64,000 bases of DNA, taken from an uncultured Candidatus Saccharibacteria bacterium (lineage in GTDB: Bacteria > Patescibacteriota > Saccharimonadia > Saccharimonadales > JACDBH01). Below, piece by piece: positions 19,263 to 27,450 of the stretch. Position 1 is the stretch's first letter. Every line of letters starts with the position of its first letter. The stretch is from assembly GCA_965231105.1 (NCBI GenBank), contig OZ246417.1:512908-576907 (forward strand), in the 5' to 3' direction. Below the pieces are notes generated by a model. The model did no database searches. It was given only the letters and a program-made list of their open reading frames with translations, and was not told the DNA's origin. The translations under genes were made by a program, and so were the position numbers.

Positions 19263-19401
19263 TTTTTATGCTTTTTATACCATAAGCATACACCGAATTC
19301 GTAATATCAGCTCGCTTACTATATTTAACGGCTATTTCCCATGCACTTCATTTTACTGTTATACTGCACGTTGAAGATAGCTTTATTAAGGAAACAGTCT
19401 C

Positions 19402-20685
19402 GTGAAGTTCCGGAAAATAAAGATTCCTAAAAATATCCCCGTTGTTAACCCGCTCATGCTTGGGGATATCTTGTTTCATAAAGACAAGCGTGTCGAACTA
19501 TTCTTAGAGCTACAGCCCGAAACCCGCATTGAGATGCTTGGGTCATTAACTCGTCCTGTTAAGCGCGAGATCTTAATGAAGATCCCTGAGGATGATCTTC
19601 TCGCCATTCTTCAAAGCGTTGATCCTGACGATGCAACTGACCTTCTGCAGATTCTTTCGCGCAAAAAACGCGAACGAATTATGCAGCTGCTTAGCCAGGA
19701 TCTTAAGGATTCTATCTCAACGCTGCTCGAATTCGATGCTGAAACCGCTGCTGGTCTTATGAACCTCGACTACATACAGGTCGATGTTGAAGATAATATT
19801 GCAGATGTAGCGAAAAAGTTCCGCGAACATGAACGACGCACGGGTCGCCCTCCCGTTATCCTTACTACTAAAGAAGGTAAGCAAAGCGGTTTTTTGCCTG
19901 GACATGAGCTGGGCTTTGCACGTAAGACTGAGCGCATTGGCAAGTATGTAAAGCGAATGCCCACTATTTCATATGCTGCATCGCTTGATGAAGTGTCCGA
20001 TTTATTCCAGGCACATCCACACGGAAAAGTTGCAGTACTTAATGATGCCGAAGATGTGATCGGTATCATTTATTCGGATGATATTCTAAAACTTATCCAG
20101 AACCGTGAAGCTTCCAGCCTGTACGACTTCGCCGGTATCCGCCAGGAAGAAAGTGTTTCCGACTCCACAAGACGCAAAGTTAAAAACCGTTATCGTTGGC
20201 TTATCATCAACCTAGGTACCGCCTTTTTGGCTGCCTTTACCGTAAGTCAATTTGAGGACACATTATCTAAATATGTCCTTCTGGCCGTGTACATGCCAAT
20301 CGTAGCTGGTATGGGCGGTAACGCTGCAACGCAAACACTAGCCGTATTGGTACGCGGTATTGCATTAAAACAGATTGAGCTACGAACTGCTTTTAGAACG
20401 CTTTGGAACGAACTGGGCGCAAGTCTCATTAATGGCCTCATTAATGCCGTGTTAGTAGCAGCGGTTGTTATTGTGCTGAACCGCGATCTTAAGATTGCAA
20501 TCATCCTTGCACTTGCCATGATTATCAACATGCTGGTAGCAGCCTTCTTTGGTACATTAGTACCCCTTGTTATGTCCAAGCTCGGCAAAGATCCCGCTGC
20601 ATCAGCTACGATATTTATTACTACCGCAACTGATGTATTAGGCTTTATGGTCTTCTTAGGGCTTGCAACCGCAATTTTAAATTAG
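19402..20685 (+). CDS. mgtE: magnesium transporter MgtE
   Basis: MgtE-N region, a CBS pair, and a C-terminal TM domain with GMGGNAATQT. GTG start with AAGGAAAC upstream. Confidence 0.9.
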   Translation: MKFRKIKIPKNIPVVNPLMLGDILFHKDKRVELFLELQPETRIEMLGSLTRPVKREILMKIPEDDLLAILQSVDPDDATDLLQILSRKKRERIMQLLSQDLKDSISTLLEFDAETAAGLMNLDYIQVDVEDNIADVAKKFREHERRTGRPPVILTTKEGKQSGFLPGHELGFARKTERIGKYVKRMPTISYAASLDEVSDLFQAHPHGKVAVLNDAEDVIGIIYSDDILKLIQNREASSLYDFAGIRQEESVSDSTRRKVKNRYRWLIINLGTAFLAAFTVSQFEDTLSKYVLLAVYMPIVAGMGGNAATQTLAVLVRGIALKQIELRTAFRTLWNELGASLINGLINAVLVAAVVIVLNRDLKIAIILALAMIINMLVAAFFGTLVPLVMSKLGKDPAASATIFITTATDVLGFMVFLGLATAILN

Positions 20686-21158
20686 TGTTTCCGTTCCCAA
20701 ATTTGATAGCGAAACGTAGTGCCATTTTCAGTTAACGGCGGCTCTTCCTGTGTTAATACGAATTCATTTTCAAATTCCGGAAAGAATGTATCGCATGCAA
20801 AGTCACCCTCTACGCGCGTGAGGTAGAGGTGGGTTGCGTATGGTAGGGCCTGGGCAAATACCTGCCCGCCGCCACCCACCCATGTGTCTTCCTGAACATT
20901 TTCAAAAAAAGATTGAAGATCGTGCCTAATTTCTACATTGTCTGCTTCTCGTTGATCTTTTGTTAATACCGTATTTTTATGTGGCCCGTATGGTTTACGT
21001 CCATTTGCTACATATGTCTTCCAGCCCATTACCACAGGGCCCTGAGCTAATAAATTTTTAAAGTATTTTTTATCACTGGGTAAATCCCACGGAATTTTAT
21101 TTTTCTTCGCAATTCCCCGCTTGTCATCGATTGCTGCTACAAAATTAACTCTAAGCAT
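20682..21158 (-). CDS. folA: dihydrofolate reductase
   Basis: 158 aa. VAAIDDKRGIAKKNKIPWDLPSDKKYFKNL matches the DHFR N-terminal signature. Confidence 0.9.
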   Translation of the reverse strand: MLRVNFVAAIDDKRGIAKKNKIPWDLPSDKKYFKNLLAQGPVVMGWKTYVANGRKPYGPHKNTVLTKDQREADNVEIRHDLQSFFENVQEDTWVGGGGQVFAQALPYATHLYLTRVEGDFACDTFFPEFENEFVLTQEEPPLTENGTTFRYQIWERKH

Positions 21159-22426
21159 TACATAAGTTCCTTGTGTGTATGGCGTAACTCACCGATTAAA
21201 TAAAAAGAGCCAGTAATCAAACCTATGCTGCCGGTACTTTCTAATAATAGCCGATACGCTTTATTTACGTTTCGCTCAACTCGCACGTGTTCAATACCAA
21301 TTTCTTTTGCTTTTTCTGCAAGTACAGCCGAGTCGGTTGAAACAATCGGCGTATCCTGCATGCCGGTGAATTCAGATATGATCAGTTCTGCAGCGATAGA
21401 CTTCAAAAGTGACAGCACATCTGCATGTTCCTTGCCCTCTTTCATGCCTAAAAGTACCGTTGCTTTCTGGCCTGGAAACAGTTTCTGAAAGCTTGAAACG
21501 AGTGCACGCATCTTCTGCTCATTATGCGCCCCATCCATAATGATGACTTTATTATTAATCTCGTGCCGATCCATGCGGCCTGGCACTTTTGTATGCAATG
21601 TCTCTTCTAGTTCTGATTCAGTTAGTTGCCTAAGCCCGTCACGTTTTTGTATAAACGTATATACTTCATGCGCTAGCAGCCAGTTACGTTGCTGAAATGC
21701 GGGGAGTATTGCGGAAAACTTTCCATCAAGCTTGTTTTGCTCAAATGTATGTAAGCGGGCATTATTTTGCATACAACGTAATTCAAACGGCTTCATAACT
21801 TCATCCGCCTGCTTATACATAAGAACCTCGTTGCCCTCGTGAATGATCCCTGCTTTCTGGGCAGCTATTTTTGGCAAGGTTTTACCGAGAACATGCATAT
21901 GGTCATAGCCAATATCGGTAATAACACATACCTTATCAGCCTGCTGAGCCACATTCGTTGCATCATGCAAACCACCTAATCCCGTTTCGATTACCGCATA
22001 ATCGACTGCAATTTTCTTGAAGTACCAATATGCAAAAGCAATGATTAGCTCAAAATATGTCGGCTCAATTTTTGCATCCGTAACAATATCAACCAGCTCT
22101 CCGAGGGCATTACAAAATTCTTTCTCCTCTAATACATGAGAATTGATCTGCAAACGCTCAGCAACTGAATCGACATGTGGCGATACAGTGAGACCAGTTT
22201 TTTTACCAGCCTTTGCGAGAAGTGCTGCAATATAATATGCAGTCGAGGTTTTGCCTGAAGTACCGGCGATATGAACTATCTTAAGCTCAGCCTGAGGATT
22301 ACCGAGCGCGTTCATGAGTAACTTCATTCGCTCCACCTGAATATCACGCCCTGTTATTTCCCGAGTCAATGGAATATATCTTGCAAGAACTGCTTCAGCT
22401 TCTTCAAAGTTCCGAATTTGTGTCAT
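21158..22426 (-). CDS. folC: folylpolyglutamate synthase/dihydrofolate synthase (Mur ligase family)
   Basis: P-loop HIAGTSGKTST, 422 aa. It overlaps folA by 1 nt. Confidence 0.8.
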   Translation of the reverse strand: MTQIRNFEEAEAVLARYIPLTREITGRDIQVERMKLLMNALGNPQAELKIVHIAGTSGKTSTAYYIAALLAKAGKKTGLTVSPHVDSVAERLQINSHVLEEKEFCNALGELVDIVTDAKIEPTYFELIIAFAYWYFKKIAVDYAVIETGLGGLHDATNVAQQADKVCVITDIGYDHMHVLGKTLPKIAAQKAGIIHEGNEVLMYKQADEVMKPFELRCMQNNARLHTFEQNKLDGKFSAILPAFQQRNWLLAHEVYTFIQKRDGLRQLTESELEETLHTKVPGRMDRHEINNKVIIMDGAHNEQKMRALVSSFQKLFPGQKATVLLGMKEGKEHADVLSLLKSIAAELIISEFTGMQDTPIVSTDSAVLAEKAKEIGIEHVRVERNVNKAYRLLLESTGSIGLITGSFYLIGELRHTHKELM

Positions 22427-22475
22427 AACTACTTATTGTACAGAGAAAATGGTAAAATATCACAGTTCTAGGTAT

Positions 22476-22551
22476 GCGCCCGTAGCTCAGTGGATAGAGC
22501 GTCTGGCTTCGGACCAGAAAGTCGGGAGTTCGAATCTCTCCGGGCGTACCA
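22476..22551 (+). tRNA. tRNA-Arg (anticodon TCG), CCA encoded
   Basis: Acceptor GCGCCCG/CGGGCGT, anticodon stem TCTGG/CCAGA with loop CTTCGGA, T-arm GGGAG-TTCGAAT-CTCTC. Confidence 0.9.
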
Positions 22552-22564
22552 CATCTGTACCCTA

Positions 22565-22595
22565 AATAGACGTCAGAACCGGCGTCTATTTTGTT
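22565..22595 (+). terminator. rho-independent terminator after tRNA-Arg
   Basis: Stem AATAGACG/CGTCTATT followed by TTTTGTT. Confidence 0.6.
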
Positions 22596-22606
22596 ATTAT
22601 CAGAGC

Positions 22607-23110
22607 ATGCAACCGTATACTTCAAAACTGATAGTGCTTCGTGGCAATTCAGGCTCAGGTAAAAGCACAGTAGCTAAAAAACTCCGTGAAGCTAGCCATA
22701 GAAAAGTAGCTATAGTTGAGCAAGACTACTTACGCCGATTCATACTAAAAGAAAAAGAAACTGAAGGCACAAACAATATTGCGCTCATCGAACAAACTGT
22801 AGAATTTGCACTTGCTCATGAGTATGATGTCATTCTAGAAGGTATTCTTTATTTCCCACGCTACGGTGAGATGTTAAAAAGATTAGCCAACAAATGTCCC
22901 GATAATTACTTCTTCTATTTTGATGTTAGCTTCGAAGAAACCTTAAAACGGCACGCTACAAAACCTAATGCACATGAGTTTGGCGAGAAAGAAATGCGTG
23001 ACTGGTACAAGCCGAACCAACTAACCAATTTTGAGAACGAGTACATTATCTCCGAAACATCACCCATTGAAAACTCAGTTAGCACGATACTAAAGCAGGC
23101 TGGATTATAA
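22607..23110 (+). CDS. P-loop kinase/NTPase (AAA_33-like)
   Basis: Walker A GNSGSGKST. The track ORF 22490..23110 runs through the tRNA, so the ATG at 22607 (MQPYTSKLIVLRG) is taken as the start. Confidence 0.7.
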   Translation: MQPYTSKLIVLRGNSGSGKSTVAKKLREASHRKVAIVEQDYLRRFILKEKETEGTNNIALIEQTVEFALAHEYDVILEGILYFPRYGEMLKRLANKCPDNYFFYFDVSFEETLKRHATKPNAHEFGEKEMRDWYKPNQLTNFENEYIISETSPIENSVSTILKQAGL

Positions 23111-23207
23111 GCGTTCTAACTTCAGCTACTAAGCTGTACCGGAACGCTTATGCTTAAATTCAAAAATAGACATGTCTATTGCTACATGTTTATTTTGTAT
23201 AACCCCT

Positions 23208-23639
23208 TTACTTCTTAGACATCTTGCTGGCAATAGCAATTCTTTTAGGCTCTGGTAGCGGTGTTAGGGGAATACTGACCCTCAATACGCCGTCATCCAG
23301 TTGGGCTTCAATTTTATCAATATCTGCCCGTTCAGGTAATGCAATCCGCCTGTAGAAGCTGCTGGAGCTTTCACGAACAACATATTTTTTATCTTTGTCT
23401 TCCTCTTTTTCATGCCGCTCAGCACTGATTACTAAAGCGTTGTTCTCAACTTGGATACTCACGTCATCCTGCTCAAAGTTAGGTAAGTGCGCCTCAACCT
23501 TTAGTTGGTTATCTTTGGTGTAAACATCAGTCGTAGGTATATTGATGCCTTTGAGAGGCGATATGAAGTCATCGCCAAAAAATTGTTTTTGCAATGCGCT
23601 CAGCTCTGCAAAAGGATCCCATCTTACGAGACTGCTCAT
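23208..23639 (-). CDS. Hsp20/alpha-crystallin small heat-shock protein
   Basis: Alpha-crystallin domain (DVYTKDNQLKVEAHLPNF...LPERADIDKIEAQLDDGVLRVSIP). ATG at 23639 with AAAGGAGAA upstream. Confidence 0.9.
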   Translation of the reverse strand: MSSLVRWDPFAELSALQKQFFGDDFISPLKGINIPTTDVYTKDNQLKVEAHLPNFEQDDVSIQVENNALVISAERHEKEEDKDKKYVVRESSSSFYRRIALPERADIDKIEAQLDDGVLRVSIPLTPLPEPKRIAIASKMSKK

Positions 23640-23701
23640 TATAGTTCTCCTTTCATTATTGTTAAATAAATCTGTGAGAAGCATAACTAGCTTCTATTAA
23701 G

Positions 23702-23730
23702 ATTTTAGGAAATTAGCACTCGCATGTCAA
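23702..23730 (-). promoter_or_regulatory. hsp20 promoter
   Basis: On the minus strand: TTGACA (23730-23725)-N17-TAAAAT (23707-23702). The -35 element lies inside the CIRCE spacer. Confidence 0.65.
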
Positions 23731-23739
23731 GAGTGCTAA
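23713..23739. promoter_or_regulatory. CIRCE operator (HrcA-binding inverted repeat)
   Basis: TTAGCACTC-N9-GAGTGCTAA, a perfect match to the CIRCE consensus, 74 nt upstream of the hsp20 ATG. Confidence 0.85.
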
Positions 23740-23799
23740 TTCTGGATTTAAGAGAATAGTTCTAACCTGTGCAAGAATGTTGCACCAGAACACTTATGC

Positions 23800-23828
23800 T
23801 TTCAATCAAGACAGATATTATTAATAAT
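23800..23828 (+). promoter_or_regulatory. promoter positioned for a leaderless start
   Basis: TTTCAA-N17-AATAAT, then 6 nt to the ATG at 23835. It is preceded by CTTATGCTT. Confidence 0.4.
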
Positions 23829-23834
23829 TAGTTT

Positions 23835-24563
23835 ATGGCCTCCCTTGAGCAATTTGGCATCATTCCTTCCAGCACAACGTCTCCAGCGCTTTTAGAAGAA
23901 AGATACCGCTTTGGGCATGACGTGTATACTGAACAGGCTTTTGAAGTTTTGCACCGTGTGAGCGACTTTACAGCAACCGAGGTGCCTTATACTTTAGATA
24001 CTTTTATAAGTCGATGGCATCCGTCAGGATTTATGATTTATCAGCTTGGAACAGTACCGGGGTTAGGGATGCTCCGTTTGCATGTGTGGCCCGATACTGA
24101 ACGGAAGCAGGAACAGAAGGGCGATACTATACATGATCATGCTTGGCATGTGGTCTCGCTTGTCTTAAAAGGAGTCTATACTGATGCCCTTTTTGAGGTA
24201 GATAAAGAAGACTCTATTTCTGAAGAGGATCGTAAAATAAAGGGCCTGCTCAGATTATTTGAAGCTAGCTATAAACCAGATACGTCCCAGGAACTTTCAA
24301 CAGGTGGTACATGTGTACGAGCTATCCCAAGTGCTGAAAGAATCGTTCATGAAGGTGAGGTTCACGCGATAGAGCCAAGCGTTTTTCACCAACCAACTAT
24401 TGCTACCGCTGAGGCTACGGTAACACTCGTGCTCAATTCTTTTCGAACCCACGATTACGGCCCATATGTACTCATTGATGGTCCTGCGGTCCCCATCCCC
24501 GAGATCAGACAATCATTAACTGAAGATGACCTAGCAGTCACGAAGCAAATACTTATAAGATGA
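23835..24563 (+). CDS. hypothetical protein, possibly a cupin-like metalloprotein
   Basis: 242 aa. The His cluster LHVWP...IHDHAWHVVSLVLKG...EVHAIEPSVFH suggests a cupin-type metal site. No firm family could be assigned. Confidence 0.55.
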   Translation: MASLEQFGIIPSSTTSPALLEERYRFGHDVYTEQAFEVLHRVSDFTATEVPYTLDTFISRWHPSGFMIYQLGTVPGLGMLRLHVWPDTERKQEQKGDTIHDHAWHVVSLVLKGVYTDALFEVDKEDSISEEDRKIKGLLRLFEASYKPDTSQELSTGGTCVRAIPSAERIVHEGEVHAIEPSVFHQPTIATAEATVTLVLNSFRTHDYGPYVLIDGPAVPIPEIRQSLTEDDLAVTKQILIR

Positions 24564-24598
24564 GCTAGCTCTAACTTGGTATACGCTACCCTTATGCT

Positions 24599-24626
24599 TT
24601 GAATACATGATTGATTAACATAGAAT
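24599..24626 (+). promoter_or_regulatory. promoter positioned for a leaderless start
   Basis: TTGAAT-N16-TAGAAT, then 6 nt to the ATG at 24633. It is preceded by and overlaps CTTATGCTT. Confidence 0.5.
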
Positions 24627-24632
24627 TTGTGT

Positions 24633-25202
24633 ATGTATTTTGGAACAGAACCTTACGGGCTAGAAGATTATATTAAGTACAAAGGTGACGGCAGTAACAT
24701 GTATCGCGGAGAAGGCTTTGGACAACCACGCGCGCTTCGTATTGGTGATGTATTGGCCAACGGATTAGAAGTAGCTAAAATTCCTTATGAGGCGGGCAAT
24801 GGTGGGGTTGGCTTAACTTTCACGGATCGTTCAAGCCGTCGCGTCCCAGGAAGAATCCCTTTATTATTAGAGAACGGGGAACGCGGTAAATTACCGATTG
24901 ACCTTTCTGTTGGGGACATCTTCGAGACAGGCTGTGTAGTTCTCGCAAATCCTGGCAAACTAGATATTAATGACCCGCGTTACGAGCAAGGTGGCTCCGA
25001 GGTAGGAATAACTATTACAGGCGGTCTCGGTGGGCACTCAATTGAGGTTCCCCATGATTTAGTAATAGCACTGAATAGAGAGACCTACCCTCCCTTTTCG
25101 GATACGGTTTTTGGCGCTTTTGTGCTTGAGAATACATTGAGAATGCATGGAGCAGCTCGACAGAACTTGCCAAAACTTGGTCAGCTGGCGTTAGAAATTT
25201 AA
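24633..25202 (+). CDS. hypothetical protein
   Basis: The track ORF starts at a TTG at 24627. The ATG at 24633 fits the -10/N6 geometry. No recognised domain. Confidence 0.55.
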   Translation: MYFGTEPYGLEDYIKYKGDGSNMYRGEGFGQPRALRIGDVLANGLEVAKIPYEAGNGGVGLTFTDRSSRRVPGRIPLLLENGERGKLPIDLSVGDIFETGCVVLANPGKLDINDPRYEQGGSEVGITITGGLGGHSIEVPHDLVIALNRETYPPFSDTVFGAFVLENTLRMHGAARQNLPKLGQLALEI

Positions 25203-25222
25203 GGCATGGGACCTTATTAAAT

Positions 25223-25690
25223 ATGACTACTCGATCGGTGCCTTCGGAAGTGATCGCATCACAGTTCAATAAGCTAGTCTTACAGACTCCTATTTTGCAC
25301 GAAGCTAATATTGCTAGAGCGCACATATTATTAACGCCACATTTTATAGACCGAATTATGGACCATACTTTAACTGAAGAGATAGATCGCTATGAACCAA
25401 GCGACACGAAGGCAGACGCAGCTGAGGCATGGCTTGGCCGTTTTGCAACAGACGAATTATGGGATGCAGGCTATGGAGCTCCGGGATGGGCAGCATTATT
25501 TAATAGAAAAGTTACCAGCCTAGATTCCGTCGGTCCAGATCGGACTTTGCCTTTTCTCGTTCCCGTGGATAGACAGTCTGGTTTTATAGTAAGCACTCTG
25601 GAAACTAATCCGGATATTGTAGAGATGGAAAGAGAATTTACTCCTCGAGCACTTACCTTTCTTATTGAGAAAGGTCTATGGCATCAATGA
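25223..25690 (+). CDS. hypothetical protein
   Basis: 155-aa ORF, 20 nt after the previous stop. No recognised domain. Confidence 0.5.
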   Translation: MTTRSVPSEVIASQFNKLVLQTPILHEANIARAHILLTPHFIDRIMDHTLTEEIDRYEPSDTKADAAEAWLGRFATDELWDAGYGAPGWAALFNRKVTSLDSVGPDRTLPFLVPVDRQSGFIVSTLETNPDIVEMEREFTPRALTFLIEKGLWHQ

Positions 25691-25715
25691 CTCTTCCTGC
25701 CTATTTTTCTTGTAC

Positions 25716-25744
25716 TTGCAATGAAGTAATTAAACAGAAATAAT
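25716..25744 (+). promoter_or_regulatory. promoter positioned for a leaderless start
   Basis: TTGCAA-N17-AATAAT, then 6 nt to the ATG at 25751. Confidence 0.5.
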
Positions 25745-25750
25745 TACCGC

Positions 25751-26038
25751 ATGACTGGAAATGTTTTATTGAGCGATCACGATTACCTAAAGCTTCGTGT
25801 GGAATCTCGCCAAGCGCTCTATGAATTAGGCGTATCTTCTAACCCCGGTTTTACTGATCGAAATATTATAAACGGCCTCTCGCGTGCTTTAGGCATACCG
25901 AGTAACTTTCCGGAAACGGCAGATTGGTCTGAATACTCAGGCGAGTTATTCAGAGATTCATTGGGCGAGATTCTTGGTCTAGAAGTACCCCCTCGAATAG
26001 ACGATGTCGTTACAGGACTTCGTAATATTTATTCTTAA
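25751..26038 (+). CDS. hypothetical small protein
   Basis: 95-aa ORF with no recognised domain. Confidence 0.5.
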   Translation: MTGNVLLSDHDYLKLRVESRQALYELGVSSNPGFTDRNIINGLSRALGIPSNFPETADWSEYSGELFRDSLGEILGLEVPPRIDDVVTGLRNIYS

Positions 26039-26065
26039 GTACTCCTCACCGTACACAAGTGCGTA

Positions 26066-26074
26066 TGCTACCAT
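26066..26074 (+). promoter_or_regulatory. extended -10 element positioned for a leaderless start
   Basis: TGcTACCAT, then 6 nt to the ATG at 26081. Confidence 0.35.
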
Positions 26075-26080
26075 AAAACC

Positions 26081-26764
26081 ATGAATAAGAAGTCTCAGCC
26101 CTCCCCCCTTATTCAGTTCATAGTTAGTTTTGCTATCCCCCTTATTATCCTTACGCGTTTTAGTTCAGACTCTCACTTAGGACCTTCAAAAGCACTGCTT
26201 TTAGCTTTAGCCTTTCCTATTTTGTATGAAATATATAGCATCCGGATACGGCGAAAGGTCAGCATGTTTTCGGTACTAGCCGTGGGCGGCATTATAGTAA
26301 CTGGTGCCATAAGCTTGCTGGGATTAAGCGAAGGGTGGTTAGCGATTCGACGCAGCGTCCCATACTTCGCCGTAACCGCGGCTCTACTTATTTCAGTTCG
26401 TATTAAGCATCCGATCGTGAATGCAGTTTTACCGCAGGTACTTGATATGGAGAAAATTATGGCAGTCGCCAAAAAGAATCGCTCCTTACCTAAAATCGAA
26501 CACGCAATACAAGTAACAAGCCATGTAGCGAGCGGCATATTTTTTGTTATTGGAATTGTGAGCTACGTTCTAACCAGAATTATAATAATGAGCCCAACGA
26601 ATACTGCAGGTTTTAACGAAGAATATGCACGGCTCAGAGTCTTAAGTATTCCTATCATTACCGTTCCTTTAATTATTGGCATCGTTATAGCGATTACGTA
26701 TCTTACGGGTCGCATAGAAAAATTAACCGATCTTAAGACTGAAGAATTGCTGAAGAAAAAATAG
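26081..26764 (+). CDS. hypothetical multi-pass membrane protein
   Basis: 227 aa with about 6 hydrophobic helices. No named family was recognised. Confidence 0.65.
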   Translation: MNKKSQPSPLIQFIVSFAIPLIILTRFSSDSHLGPSKALLLALAFPILYEIYSIRIRRKVSMFSVLAVGGIIVTGAISLLGLSEGWLAIRRSVPYFAVTAALLISVRIKHPIVNAVLPQVLDMEKIMAVAKKNRSLPKIEHAIQVTSHVASGIFFVIGIVSYVLTRIIIMSPTNTAGFNEEYARLRVLSIPIITVPLIIGIVIAITYLTGRIEKLTDLKTEELLKKK

Positions 26765-26778
26765 TTACGCTTATCGTT

Positions 26779-26784
26779 TATACT
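26779..26784 (+). promoter_or_regulatory. -10 element positioned for a leaderless start
   Basis: TATACT, then 7 nt to the ATG at 26792. The track's GTG at 26786 is only 1 nt from the -10. Confidence 0.4.
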
Positions 26785-26791
26785 GGTGGTT

Positions 26792-27403
26792 ATGCTAATC
26801 GACATCCTTGAGAGTGTAGCGCTCGGTTTTATAGTCGCCGCCGCACCTGGTGCCGTTCTTATAGAGTCCATCCGAAGAGCGATCTTTGACAAGACAACAA
26901 TCCGAGATTTTACAGCCGGTAACTTGGTAGGGATGGCACTCTTAATCGGAGGTTCTTTCGTTGGGATCACCACACTTGCGGATAATCTTTCCGTTGAAAA
27001 AGCTCTTGGCATTACGGGTGGCAGTGTCTTAATAATACTTGGGTTAAAGTCGGTTTTAAGTAAGCCTAAATACCGCTCCCCTCACAAAAGAGTTTCAAAG
27101 CTAAAAAGCAGATACAGCTCCTTTGCGACCGGTCTCATCCTGGCTGTAGTTAACCCAATACGAATTGCGCTATGGGTTTCTTTGACGAGCGTAATCTTAC
27201 ATGAAGATCCAACCCTTCACTCAGCAGTCGCTAAAGCGCTCAGCTTATTTGCGGGTTTTACGTTATTTTATATAGTCCTTATCACTATTCTTCTAAAAGT
27301 AGGTCCGCGTATAGACCACAAGTACTTACTATGGCTGTCAAGACTACTGGGTTTAGTCATAGTTGCGTACGGTATTAGTATGTTAGTCCAAATAGTAAGA
27401 TAG
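26792..27403 (+). CDS. LysE/RhtB family amino-acid exporter
   Basis: About 200 aa and 6 TM helices. The N-terminal pattern ALGFIVAAAPGAVLIESIRRA is typical of the LysE family. Confidence 0.75.
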   Translation: MLIDILESVALGFIVAAAPGAVLIESIRRAIFDKTTIRDFTAGNLVGMALLIGGSFVGITTLADNLSVEKALGITGGSVLIILGLKSVLSKPKYRSPHKRVSKLKSRYSSFATGLILAVVNPIRIALWVSLTSVILHEDPTLHSAVAKALSLFAGFTLFYIVLITILLKVGPRIDHKYLLWLSRLLGLVIVAYGISMLVQIVR

Positions 27404-27438
27404 TGCTTATGTTCTATCCATTTCTCGAAAATTAGATA

Positions 27439-27444
27439 TATACT
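27439..27444 (+). promoter_or_regulatory. -10 element positioned for a leaderless start
   Basis: TATACT, then 6 nt to the ATG at 27451. Confidence 0.4.
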
Positions 27445-27450
27445 TTCATC

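Noticed and set aside
19263-19401. A possible M-box (Mg2+) riboswitch upstream of mgtE.
   Set aside because: The intergenic region is only 139 nt. A TGtTATACT promoter about 35 nt before the start leaves no room for the ~160-nt M-box.
22404-22625. ORFs running across tRNA-Arg: 22404-22625 (-) and the 5' extension 22490-22606 of the kinase ORF.
   Set aside because: Both overlap a well-folded tRNA and its terminator. The kinase has a sensible internal ATG at 22607.
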